From assembly GCA_003280965.1 (NCBI GenBank), contig QCDI01000006.1, forward strand, positions 59,545-123,544: 64,000 nucleotides of DNA, written 5' to 3'. The stretch is from Prochlorococcus sp. AG-355-B18. GTDB lineage: Bacteria > Cyanobacteriota > Cyanobacteriia > PCC-6307 > Cyanobiaceae. Below the pieces are notes generated by a model. It saw nothing but the letters and a program-made list of their open reading frames with translations. It did no database searches and was not told where the DNA came from. The position numbers and the translations under genes are program-made. Shown in pieces: positions 53,901 through 64,000 of this stretch (position 1 is its first letter; each line of letters begins with the position of its first letter).

Positions 53901-54287
53901 TCAAACATTTGATTGAATCCCTTCAGGAGGAACATAAAGCATCTCGAGCCAGTTTCCTTCAGTATCCTTCATGTAAAAAGATGCTGTTCCATCTCTATGT
54001 TCATGTAAAGGACCAACTTTTACGCCAGAATTTTTTAAATCGTTTTGAATATTAATTACTTCTTTTTTATTTTCAAAATGAAAAGCGAAGTGCGGTCCTG
54101 CAGCTTTATAGCTAGGACCTAACAACGCAAGTCCATCTTTCCCTTTACCAGCTTCTAAATAAGACCAATCTTTATCATCCCAAACCAAATTCATCCCCAA
54201 TTTAATATAAAAAGATTTGGCCCTTTCGAGATTTTCTACTCTAAGTGCGATGTGACCAATTCTATTTACTCCTTGAGATAACTTCAA
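53901..54287 (-). CDS. VOC/glyoxalase family protein
   Basis: IGHIALRV..L..A..FY, HFAF, FYMKDTEGNWLE. Confidence 0.88.
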   Translation of the reverse strand: MKLSQGVNRIGHIALRVENLERAKSFYIKLGMNLVWDDKDWSYLEAGKGKDGLALLGPSYKAAGPHFAFHFENKKEVINIQNDLKNSGVKVGPLHEHRDGTASFYMKDTEGNWLEMLYVPPEGIQSNV

Positions 54288-54349
54288 AACAAAGCATTTA
54301 AAATAATATTAATTTTAGAATAAAACAAATTTTTGTTAATAATGAGTTT

Positions 54350-55351
54350 TTAAGTATCCTGCAACCATTGAGATGCATCGCAAGCATGATAAGTGAGTAT
54401 CAATTTTGCCCCTGCTCTTTTAAAACTAAGCAAGGTTTCTAAAACAATATCTTTTTCATTAATCCAGTTTTTCATAGCAGCAGACTTTACCATCGAATAT
54501 TCTCCACTAACGTTGTATGCAGCTATAGGTTTATTTGAAAAAGTGCTTAGTCTATAAACAATATCTAAATATGAAATTCCTGGTTTTACCATCAAAATAT
54601 CAGCTCCTTCATATTGATCCAATGCAGATTCAATTAGAGCCTCTTTTGAATTGGCGGGGTCCATTTGATATGTAGACTTATTATCTGGAATAATTTTTTT
54701 ACTATTTTCTCTTGGAGCTGAATCTAATGCAGTTCTAAATGGACCATAATAAGCAGATGAATATTTTGCTGTATAACTAATAATACCTACATCACTAAAT
54801 CCTTGACTATCGAGCGCACTTCTAATTGCTCCAACTCTCCCATCCATCATGTCACTAGGGCCGATAAAATCTGCACCAGCATTAGCTTGTGTTAAAGCTT
54901 GTTTTTTAAGAATTTCAATAGTTTCATCATTCAATATTTTTCCAGTTTCATCAACTAATCCATCATGTCCATCATACGAATATGGGTCTAAGGCAACATC
55001 TGTCATTATAGCCATTTCTGGAATCTCTTTTTTTAATATTTGAATAGCTTTAGGTATTAAGCCGTCTTCATTAAAACACTCTGCTCCATCTTCAGTCTTT
55101 AAGCTATCGTTTATTTTTGGGAAAAGAACCACACACCTTATTCCTAATTCCCATGCCCTAGTAACCTCCTTTATTAAGCCATTCATATCCCATCTAAAAG
55201 TCCCTGGCATTGCCGAAATTTCTTCTTTATAATCTTTTTCATGAATAAATAATGGATATATAAAGTCCGAAGGGTTTAGATGGTTTTCTCTCACCATTTC
55301 TCTAATTGCCTCAGTTCTTCTTAATCTTCTAGGGCGAATAATCGAATTCAT
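54350..55351 (-). CDS. hemB: Porphobilinogen synthase (ALA dehydratase); likely start ATG at 55351
   Basis: RPRRLR, SDMMDGR, YGPFR, ILMVKPG, YNVSGEYSM. Confidence 0.97.
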   Translation of the reverse strand: MNSIIRPRRLRRTEAIREMVRENHLNPSDFIYPLFIHEKDYKEEISAMPGTFRWDMNGLIKEVTRAWELGIRCVVLFPKINDSLKTEDGAECFNEDGLIPKAIQILKKEIPEMAIMTDVALDPYSYDGHDGLVDETGKILNDETIEILKKQALTQANAGADFIGPSDMMDGRVGAIRSALDSQGFSDVGIISYTAKYSSAYYGPFRTALDSAPRENSKKIIPDNKSTYQMDPANSKEALIESALDQYEGADILMVKPGISYLDIVYRLSTFSNKPIAAYNVSGEYSMVKSAAMKNWINEKDIVLETLLSFKRAGAKLILTYHACDASQWLQDT

Positions 55352-55572
55352 TTGAATATTATTTAAAGTGGAAAGATATTTATATATATAGGTTAATCGC
55401 TTGTCTGGCACATAAATCAATCAGAAACTCCTTTTTTCAGGAAAATTAACTTAATAATCTTCAAGAAGAAAAAAAGTTACAAAAATATTTTGCACAAACT
55501 TCATTTTTCACAAATTTACGTCATAAAGAGATATTATCTTTTAGTTAAGTATTTATTTTAAGGAGAGTATCT

Positions 55573-57225
55573 TTGCAAATAATTAATGGATTTCACCTAA
55601 AGAATGTAAGAGGCGATATTCTTGGAGGAATCACAGCCGCAGTGGTGGCTCTACCTCTCGCTCTTGCTTTTGGTAATGCTGCGTTAGGACCAGGCGGAGC
55701 AATTTATGGACTATATGGTGCAGTAGTAGTTGGTTTTTTAGCAGCATTATTCGGCGGGACACCTGCTCAAGTTAGTGGACCTACTGGACCCATGAGTGTA
55801 ACAGTTGCTGGTGTAGTAGCAGGTTTAGCAGCAGTAGGAGTTCCACGAGATCTGTCTGCAGGACAAATTTTACCTTTAGTGATGGCAGCTGTAGTAATTG
55901 GCGGCTTATTGCAAATATTATTCGGGATTCTAAAACTAGGAAAATACATTACATTAGTTCCATATTCTGTTGTTTCAGGATTTATGTCTGGTATTGGAGT
56001 AATAATAATTGCACTTCAGATTGGACCATTACTAGGAATTAGCACTCGTGGTGGAGTAGTCGAATCTTTATCAACTGTATTTTCAAATTTCCAGCCTAAT
56101 GGTGCTGCCATAGGAGTAGCAATTATGACACTAGGTATAGTATTTCTTACTCCTAGAAAAATAAGTCAATGGGTTCCTTCTCCTCTATTGGCGTTATTAA
56201 TAGTAACTCCAATATCAATTTTAATTTTTGGAGATGGGGCTATTGATAGAATTGGAGAAATTCCAAGGGGTGTTCCATCTTTAAATTTCCCAAGTTTTAA
56301 TCAATATTTTCCAATTATTTTCAAGGCAGGATTAGTCCTAGCAGTACTTGGCGCTATTGACTCTTTACTGACATCTCTTGTAGCAGACAATATTTCTCAA
56401 ACAAAACATAATTCAGATAGAGAACTTATTGGTCAAGGGATAGGAAATGCTGTTGCAGGACTGTTTTCAGGTTTACCTGGAGCAGGAGCAACAATGAGAA
56501 CAGTCATAAATGTTAAATCTGGAGGCTCAACTCCCATCTCTGGCATGGTTCACTCGGTAGTATTGTTGATAGTTTTAGTTGGTGCGGGACCTTTAGCTGA
56601 GCAAATACCAACTGCCTTGCTAGCAGGAATCCTCATAAAAGTAGGTCTAGATATTATTGATTGGGGATTCTTGAGGAGGGCTCACAAATTATCTTTAAAA
56701 ACTTCAGTAGTAATGTACGGGGTACTTCTGATGACTGTTTTTTGGGATTTAATTTGGGCAGTTTTAGTAGGTGTATTTATAGCAAATATGCTCACTATTG
56801 ACTCAATAACCGAAACTCAACTAGAAGGTATGGATGAGGATAATCCTTTATCAAAAGATGATCAAGCTAAAAATTCATTACCTGCAGATGAAAAAGCACT
56901 TCTAGATAGATGTTCAGGAGAAGTAATGCTATTTCGACTAAAAGGACCCCTCAGTTTCGGGGCAGCCAAAGGTATCTCGGAGAGAATGATGCTTGTAAGA
57001 AACTACAAGATTTTGATATTAGATATAACTGATGTACCAAGACTTGGAGTAACAGCGACTCTCGCTATAGAGGATATGATGCAAGAAGCAAAAAATAACT
57101 CTAGGAAAGCATTTGTTGCTGGAGCCAATGAAAAAGTAAAGGATAGATTAGCTAAGTTTGGAGTTGAAGGCATCATTGAGACAAGAAAAGAAGCCTTAGA
57201 AACCGCTCTAAATGAACTAGCCTAA
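55573..57225 (+). CDS. bicA: SulP/SLC26 family anion transporter with STAS domain, BicA-like bicarbonate transporter
   Basis: AVVALPLALAFG, SGPTGPM, GAGATMRT, STAS GPLSFGAA; cotranscribed with sbtA. Confidence 0.8.
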   Translation: MQIINGFHLKNVRGDILGGITAAVVALPLALAFGNAALGPGGAIYGLYGAVVVGFLAALFGGTPAQVSGPTGPMSVTVAGVVAGLAAVGVPRDLSAGQILPLVMAAVVIGGLLQILFGILKLGKYITLVPYSVVSGFMSGIGVIIIALQIGPLLGISTRGGVVESLSTVFSNFQPNGAAIGVAIMTLGIVFLTPRKISQWVPSPLLALLIVTPISILIFGDGAIDRIGEIPRGVPSLNFPSFNQYFPIIFKAGLVLAVLGAIDSLLTSLVADNISQTKHNSDRELIGQGIGNAVAGLFSGLPGAGATMRTVINVKSGGSTPISGMVHSVVLLIVLVGAGPLAEQIPTALLAGILIKVGLDIIDWGFLRRAHKLSLKTSVVMYGVLLMTVFWDLIWAVLVGVFIANMLTIDSITETQLEGMDEDNPLSKDDQAKNSLPADEKALLDRCSGEVMLFRLKGPLSFGAAKGISERMMLVRNYKILILDITDVPRLGVTATLAIEDMMQEAKNNSRKAFVAGANEKVKDRLAKFGVEGIIETRKEALETALNELA

Positions 57226-57231
57226 TAATCT

Positions 57232-58230
57232 ATGGAAATAAATCCAATTCTACAAAATGTATTAGCCCCGCCAGTTCTTTTCTTTTTGATTGGAGCAATA
57301 TCAGTACTCTTTAAATCTGATTTAGAAATACCAGCTCCATTACCTAAACTCTTCTCTTTATATCTGCTTTTAGCTATTGGGTTCAAAGGAGGTATTGAGA
57401 TACAGAAAAGTGGGTTTAATGATCAGGTATTGCCGACTTTAAGTGCTGCAATTCTAATGTCACTAGTAATTCCGCTAATTGGATTTTTAATTTTAAGATT
57501 TAAGTTTGATGTCTTTAATTCAGCAGCGATAGCAGCTGCTTACGGTTCAATAAGTGCTGTTACATTTATTTCTGCAGAGAGTTTTTTAGAAAGTCAAAAA
57601 ATAGCTTTTGATGGATTTATGGTTGGCGCCTTAGCTCTAATGGAGTCCCCTGCAATAATAGTTGGATTATTACTTGTAAAATTTGCAGCTCCCAAAAATA
57701 GACCTAAGTCAAGAAAAATGCATCTAAGCGCAATATTACATGAATCACTTTTGAATGGATCAGTATATTTATTGCTTTCAAGCTTAATTGTAGGATTTCT
57801 TACTGCTTCCAGTAATCCTTCAGGCATTGCGAAAATGGAACCATTTACTGGACAATTATTTTATGGAGCAGAATGCTTCTTCTTATTAGATATGGGTATA
57901 GTGGCTGCTCAAAGATTGCCAAGATTGAAAAGTGCAGGTTCATTTTTAATAGGCTTTGCAATTTTCATGCCTTTATTTAATGCATTTATAGGTGTATTCG
58001 TTGCAAGATTTTTATCTTTAGGACCTGGCAATTCACTTTTATTTGTGGTTTTATGTGCTAGCGCCTCATATCTTGCAGTTCCTGCCGCAATGCGGATGAC
58101 AGTCCCAGAAGCTAAATCAAGTTATTACATTTCAACAACACTTGGTCTAACATTCCCATTCAATATAGTTCTTGGTATTCCAATATATATGAGTTTAGTA
58201 AATACCATTATCCCACTATCTCCTTTATAA
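57232..58230 (+). CDS. sbtA: Sodium-dependent bicarbonate transporter SbtA-like
   Basis: SDLEIP, YGSISAVTF, MESPAIIVG, ASASYLAVPAA, TFPFNI. Confidence 0.9.
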   Translation: MEINPILQNVLAPPVLFFLIGAISVLFKSDLEIPAPLPKLFSLYLLLAIGFKGGIEIQKSGFNDQVLPTLSAAILMSLVIPLIGFLILRFKFDVFNSAAIAAAYGSISAVTFISAESFLESQKIAFDGFMVGALALMESPAIIVGLLLVKFAAPKNRPKSRKMHLSAILHESLLNGSVYLLLSSLIVGFLTASSNPSGIAKMEPFTGQLFYGAECFFLLDMGIVAAQRLPRLKSAGSFLIGFAIFMPLFNAFIGVFVARFLSLGPGNSLLFVVLCASASYLAVPAAMRMTVPEAKSSYYISTTLGLTFPFNIVLGIPIYMSLVNTIIPLSPL

Positions 58231-58232
58231 AA

Positions 58233-58514
58233 ATGAAAAGATTAGACTTAATATTTAGTGAAAGAGAACTAGATGCAATCATTAAAACCTTAGAAAAAGC
58301 TAATGTTCCAGGATATACAGTTATGAAACATGCTACAGGCAGGGGTCCTGAAAGAGTAGTTACCGAGGACATGGAATTTACAGGATTAGGATCGAATGCT
58401 CATGTAATCGTTTTTTGTGAACAAGAATTAATAGATAAAATGAGAGATAATATTAGGGATGATTTAAGTTATTACGGAGGAGTCGCTTATATTTCTGAAG
58501 CAACACCCCTCTAG
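58233..58514 (+). CDS. sbtB: PII-like regulator SbtB
   Basis: PGYTVM..TGRG T-loop region, GGVAYIS; directly follows sbtA. Confidence 0.8.
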   Translation: MKRLDLIFSERELDAIIKTLEKANVPGYTVMKHATGRGPERVVTEDMEFTGLGSNAHVIVFCEQELIDKMRDNIRDDLSYYGGVAYISEATPL

Positions 58515-58537
58515 ATCAAAGAAATAATATTTAATTT

Positions 58538-59494
58538 TTAAGAATGAATCCAATCTACTCTTATATTTTTTCTGCTATTCAAATATCTATCAATTGACAT
58601 TGCTGCGATACATCCATCAGATGCTGCAACAACGGCTTGCTTAAATGGTGTATTTCTTATATCTCCAATAGCCCAAACTCCATCAGAGTTTGTAGACATA
58701 AAGTCATCCACAATAACTCCTCCGTCCTCTTTTAAAGCAATTTGATCACCTAAAAAATCAGTAATTGGCTTTGAACCACTCATATAAACAAAGACTCCAT
58801 CTAAATTTAAATTAATAGGATTTTCTTCTTGTTTATTTTTTACAAGAACTCCATTTACACCCATATCATCACCCAATATTTCCAATAATCTTGTTCTGCT
58901 CCAATGTTTAATACTTGAGTTATCCATTAATTCCATAGCTTCTTCATTATCTGATTTAGGATCACTTGATGTAATCCAATGCACAGTAGACGCAAATTTA
59001 GTAAGAACAGTAGCCTCTTCAATTGCCTCCTTGTTCACTCCAACTACAGCAACCTCTCTATTTTTATAAAAAGCTCCATCACATGTAGCACAATAACTTA
59101 CTCCTTTGCCAAGAAAATCCGCTTCTCCCTTAAACGATGCAGGCCTACCCATAGCTCCACTCGCAAGAACAAGTGCTTTAGCCTTGAAAGTGCCCTCAGG
59201 TGTATAAACCATTTTCCATTCTCCACTAGCGTCTATTCCAAACACTTGTGCTCTTCTGTAATCTGAGCCGTATTGCACAGCCTGATCTCTCATTAGAGTA
59301 AGTAATTTCTCTCCACTTATATCAACTGGTACACCTGGATAATTAGCTATCTGATGAGTTATTGCTAGGGCGCCAACAGATGGATTTTTATCTAAAATTA
59401 CTGTCTTTAAGTTTGAACGAGATGTATAAAGTGCGCAAGTACACCCGGCAGGACCTCCTCCGATAATAACTACATCTGACTCGATGATTTCCAA
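58538..59494 (-). CDS. Thioredoxin reductase-like flavoprotein (probable NADPH-independent DTR/FFTR type)
   Basis: GGGPAG FAD motif, SYCATCDG; NADPH motifs altered; C-terminal RVDWIHS. Confidence 0.85.
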   Translation of the reverse strand: MEIIESDVVIIGGGPAGCTCALYTSRSNLKTVILDKNPSVGALAITHQIANYPGVPVDISGEKLLTLMRDQAVQYGSDYRRAQVFGIDASGEWKMVYTPEGTFKAKALVLASGAMGRPASFKGEADFLGKGVSYCATCDGAFYKNREVAVVGVNKEAIEEATVLTKFASTVHWITSSDPKSDNEEAMELMDNSSIKHWSRTRLLEILGDDMGVNGVLVKNKQEENPINLNLDGVFVYMSGSKPITDFLGDQIALKEDGGVIVDDFMSTNSDGVWAIGDIRNTPFKQAVVAASDGCIAAMSIDRYLNSRKNIRVDWIHS

Positions 59495-59746
59495 TGTAAT
59501 AAAACTCCTTTTAGTAGTTAATTAGATGAGTTTTTGGTTAGAAGATATCTTTAATGTTAATACCTAACCTGTATATAGATATAAGTTAAAAGAAAAAAAA
59601 GAAAAAAGCACAATATAGAAACAAACTTACATAGGAAAAATAAAAAAATTAATTATAAAAATGATCAGTTTCGTGAAATGTTCTCTATTGATCTATTATT
59701 AGTTTATGTCTAGTAAATTAATTGCCATAGAAACATTATATTTTTC

Positions 59747-60064
59747 ATGACCAACTCTGATTACCTTTTAAAAGCTGCTATTAAGAAAGTAACCGAAAAA
59801 TTAAACGAGATATTGGTTGAAAAAATTGAAGAAGCAACAAATATTGCTCAAGATGCGCCAGAGATCCTCAAAAAAGAATTTGATAATTTGAAAGAATCCA
59901 TAATCGAGGAAGCCTCAAGAATGGAGAAATCAGAGAATGTTCAAAATAATGATCCCACAGATACTTTTAAAAATTCCAAAATAAAAAAAGCTTTAAATGA
60001 AATTGAAGGCATCAATAAGCAAATTGATCTAATAAATAAAGCAATAAATAATCAAATTAAATGA
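59747..60064 (+). CDS. Conserved coiled-coil hypothetical protein
   Basis: AQDAPE.LKKEF..LKE.IIEEA.R; overlaps the kinase start. Confidence 0.7.
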   Translation: MTNSDYLLKAAIKKVTEKLNEILVEKIEEATNIAQDAPEILKKEFDNLKESIIEEASRMEKSENVQNNDPTDTFKNSKIKKALNEIEGINKQIDLINKAINNQIK

Positions 60065-61728
60065 GTTATCACAATATTGATTTTCGTTTGAAAAGATTAA
60101 AGAGGGGCTTTCTTATTTGGATAACCCTAATTTCGCTTTTAATAAATTTATGGCTAGATAATATTAGATTTACAATTTTCCAAACTAAAAGCAGTAAAAA
60201 AAGTAGGGTCCAAATTAAACGAGCTAAGTGGTTTACCAATAAATTAATTAAGCTTGGTTCAGCATTTATTAAGATTGGACAGTTATTATCAGCCAGACCC
60301 GACTTAATTCCTAATACCTGGATACAAGAGTTATCTAAATTACAGGATCAAGTTCCTAATTTTTCATTTGAGCAAGTTGAAGAAACTATCAAAAAAGAAT
60401 TAGGATCAAAGTCTGATGAAATAGATCAAATAATATCCGAACCGGTAGGATCAGCATCACTAGCTCAGGTTCATAGAGCGACTCTAAAAAATGGTAAAAA
60501 AGTAGTATTTAAAGTTCAAAGGCCTAATTTAAAAGAATTATTTATTATCGATTTAGGGATAATGCAACAAATAGCAGGATTGTTGCAGAAAAATAAGAAT
60601 TGGAGTCGAGGTAGAAATTGGGTTGAGATTGCTAAAGAGTGCAAGAAAGTTCTTTTAAAGGAACTTGATTTCAATTGCGAAGCACAATATGCAGCAAGAT
60701 TTAGACAGCAATTTCTTGATGATGAAAATATTGAAGTTCCTGAAGTAATTTGGGATATGAGTAGTGAAAAAGTGCTTTGTTTAAGTTATTTAGAGGGAAC
60801 AAAAATAAGCGACTTAAAAAAATTACAAAACAAAGGAATAGATTTACCAAAAATTGCAGAAATTGGCGCTATCAGCTACCTAAAACAACTAGTTAATTAC
60901 GGTTTTTTTCATGCAGATCCTCATCCAGGGAACCTAGCAGTTTCAAATACTGGTAAATTAATTTTTTATGATTTTGGAATGATGGGTAATATCTCAAATA
61001 ATCTTCAAACGAGTCTAGGTGCAATGGTTAAGGCTGCTGCTTTAAGAGACGCATCAACACTTGTGAGTCAACTTCAACAAGCCGGCCTAATTTCAAAAGA
61101 TATTGATATTGGACCAGTAAGAAGATTAGTAAGGTTAATGCTCAAAGAAGCCTTAACTCCACCATTTAGTCCCAATATAATTGAAAAATTATCTGGAGAT
61201 CTATACGAACTTGTTTATGAAACTCCATTTCAACTACCAGTAGATTTAATATTTGTAATGAGAGCTTTGTCAACTTTTGAAGGAGTTGGCAGAATGCTTG
61301 ACCCAGGGTTTAATCTTGTATCAGTTACCAAGCCTTATTTAATAGAACTTATGACTTCTAATAATCAAACTCCTAATGATTTAATTAACCAATTTGGGAG
61401 GCAAGTAGGTGAAATAGGATCCAAAGCTGTAGGAATTCCTAAAAGAATAGATGAAAGTTTAGAAAGATTAGAGCAGGGTGATCTACAATTACAAATAAGA
61501 ATGGGAGAGTCGGATAGACAATTTAAAAAAATGTTTACTGCTCAAAAAACATTAGGCCATTCAATTCTTATAGGGAGCTTATCAATTGCATCTGCTTTAC
61601 TCGTAACAAATAAACAAAATAATTTTGCATTGTTACCATTATTTTTTGCACTGCCCATAAGCATCGATTGGCTAAAATGCCAATTAAGCATGAGTAAAGG
61701 CTCCCGTTTAGAAAAACTAAAGCGCTAG
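60061..61728 (+). CDS. ABC1/AarF/UbiB family atypical kinase
   Basis: FIKIGQLLSARPD, ASLAQVH, FFHADPHPGN, DFGM. Confidence 0.93.
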   Translation: MSYHNIDFRLKRLKRGFLIWITLISLLINLWLDNIRFTIFQTKSSKKSRVQIKRAKWFTNKLIKLGSAFIKIGQLLSARPDLIPNTWIQELSKLQDQVPNFSFEQVEETIKKELGSKSDEIDQIISEPVGSASLAQVHRATLKNGKKVVFKVQRPNLKELFIIDLGIMQQIAGLLQKNKNWSRGRNWVEIAKECKKVLLKELDFNCEAQYAARFRQQFLDDENIEVPEVIWDMSSEKVLCLSYLEGTKISDLKKLQNKGIDLPKIAEIGAISYLKQLVNYGFFHADPHPGNLAVSNTGKLIFYDFGMMGNISNNLQTSLGAMVKAAALRDASTLVSQLQQAGLISKDIDIGPVRRLVRLMLKEALTPPFSPNIIEKLSGDLYELVYETPFQLPVDLIFVMRALSTFEGVGRMLDPGFNLVSVTKPYLIELMTSNNQTPNDLINQFGRQVGEIGSKAVGIPKRIDESLERLEQGDLQLQIRMGESDRQFKKMFTAQKTLGHSILIGSLSIASALLVTNKQNNFALLPLFFALPISIDWLKCQLSMSKGSRLEKLKR

Positions 61729-61733
61729 AAAAA

Positions 61734-63029
<1,296 letters not shown>

Positions 63030-63283
63030 TTAATCATTACTATTTAAATCCTATTAATAGCTGAACTATTTGGCTAATATCTGAAATATATATGTTAACC
63101 AAATATAATTTTTTAATTTCAGAACAACTTAAATTAACAATTTTATTAATTCCAAAGTTCGCACAACCACTTTCATAAACATAATTTTATATTTCATCTT
63201 ACAATTTAAAAATTATTGGATGATTATTAATGCAAATCCTATTTAGAATACTAATTATTAATCAACTATAGTTTTTATAGTTT

Positions 63284-64000
63284 ATGAGAGAAACTCTTAC
63301 ATCCAGTCCTGAACTTTTTAGCGATATAAGTTGGAATCTTCTTCTTTTGGGAGAAGAAACTGCAAAAAAATGGGATCATAGCGAATTTAATATTGAACAC
63401 ATAATTCATACATTATTCTCATCAAGTGAATTCTTTGCTTTCATTGAAAAATTATCAATCGACCAAGATACAGTTTTAGATATAACGGAAGATTTTTTAG
63501 AAGAGACGCCGACAAATGAATCAGATATTTTTACTATCGGAGAAGATTTAGAAATTTTATTAGATAATGCAAATCAGATTAAAATTCAATGGGGATCAAG
63601 ATATATCGAAATTCCGCATTTACTAATTGCTCTTGGAAGAGATTTAAGAATTGGTAATTATGTTTTTGAAGAAGGCAATCTTTCAATGGAAAAGTTAGAG
63701 GAAGAATTAAAGTTTTTTCCAAATATTAATCAAGCAAAAGATTCTTTTAACTATGAGAATGTAATTGAAATAAATAATCAATCTAATTTTGAATCAGACA
63801 AAGAAACTTTAGTTAAAGAAGAAAAGCTGAAAAAAGCTATTGTTCCATTACCGAAAAGTAAACTTCAAATTGAAACCAAAAAACAAGTTGGAAAAGATGA
63901 AAATGCTCTTTCAATTTATGGAAAAGATTTAACAGAATCAGCTAAAAAAGGCTTACTGGATCCCGTTTTAGGAAGAGAAAATGAGATCAATAATTTAATG
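63284..64000 (+). CDS. clpB: ClpB-type chaperone (ClpB2-like), 5' part, runs off the window
   Basis: Open frame from ATG 63284: Clp N-repeats (EHII.., PHLLIAL) then ALSIYGKDLTESAKKGLLDPVLGRENEI. Confidence 0.85.
   Translation, partial: MRETLTSSPELFSDISWNLLLLGEETAKKWDHSEFNIEHIIHTLFSSSEFFAFIEKLSIDQDTVLDITEDFLEETPTNESDIFTIGEDLEILLDNANQIKIQWGSRYIEIPHLLIALGRDLRIGNYVFEEGNLSMEKLEEELKFFPNINQAKDSFNYENVIEINNQSNFESDKETLVKEEKLKKAIVPLPKSKLQIETKKQVGKDENALSIYGKDLTESAKKGLLDPVLGRENEINNLM

Noticed and set aside
55476..55496. Palindrome-like GTTACAAAAATATTTTGCAC upstream of bicA
   Set aside because: Mostly A/T and expected by chance at this composition; does not fit GTA-N8-TAC
708..59266. Many 60-130 aa ORFs antisense or out-of-frame to real genes (e.g. 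708-944, 4780-5040, 15730-16068, 18499-18891, 43081-43407, 53485-53874)
   Set aside because: They lie almost wholly within well-supported genes and show no recognisable motifs; shadow ORFs

Overview
AT-rich, densely coding core-chromosome segment of a marine picocyanobacterium, most likely a high-light Prochlorococcus marinus. The assignment rests on a Prochlorococcus-type D1, a CP12 with only the C-terminal Cys pair, bicA-sbtA-sbtB, amt1, ntcA, thyX and very short spacers. It holds about 60 housekeeping, photosynthesis and N/C-uptake genes, three tRNAs (CAT, Arg-ACG, Leu-TAG), several intrinsic terminators and two NtcA-type promoters. I see no integrase, transposase, prophage, CRISPR array or defence island, and no clearly novel multi-gene system. 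Best leads: (1) tandem NrdR-box-like palindromes in front of an operon encoding a P-loop-degenerate CobO-like protein, dcd and thyX; (2) ileS split by a one-base frameshift at an A6 run forming an A_AAA_AAC heptamer, with sequencing error most likely; (3) a multi-stem RNA structure starting at a predicted TSS upstream of the DUF3155 gene; (4) a 16-bp tandem duplication of the psbI 3' end; (5) an unannotated 42-aa ORF divergent from psbA; (6) a thioredoxin reductase lacking NADPH-binding motifs. All product calls come from motif recognition and recall, not database searches.
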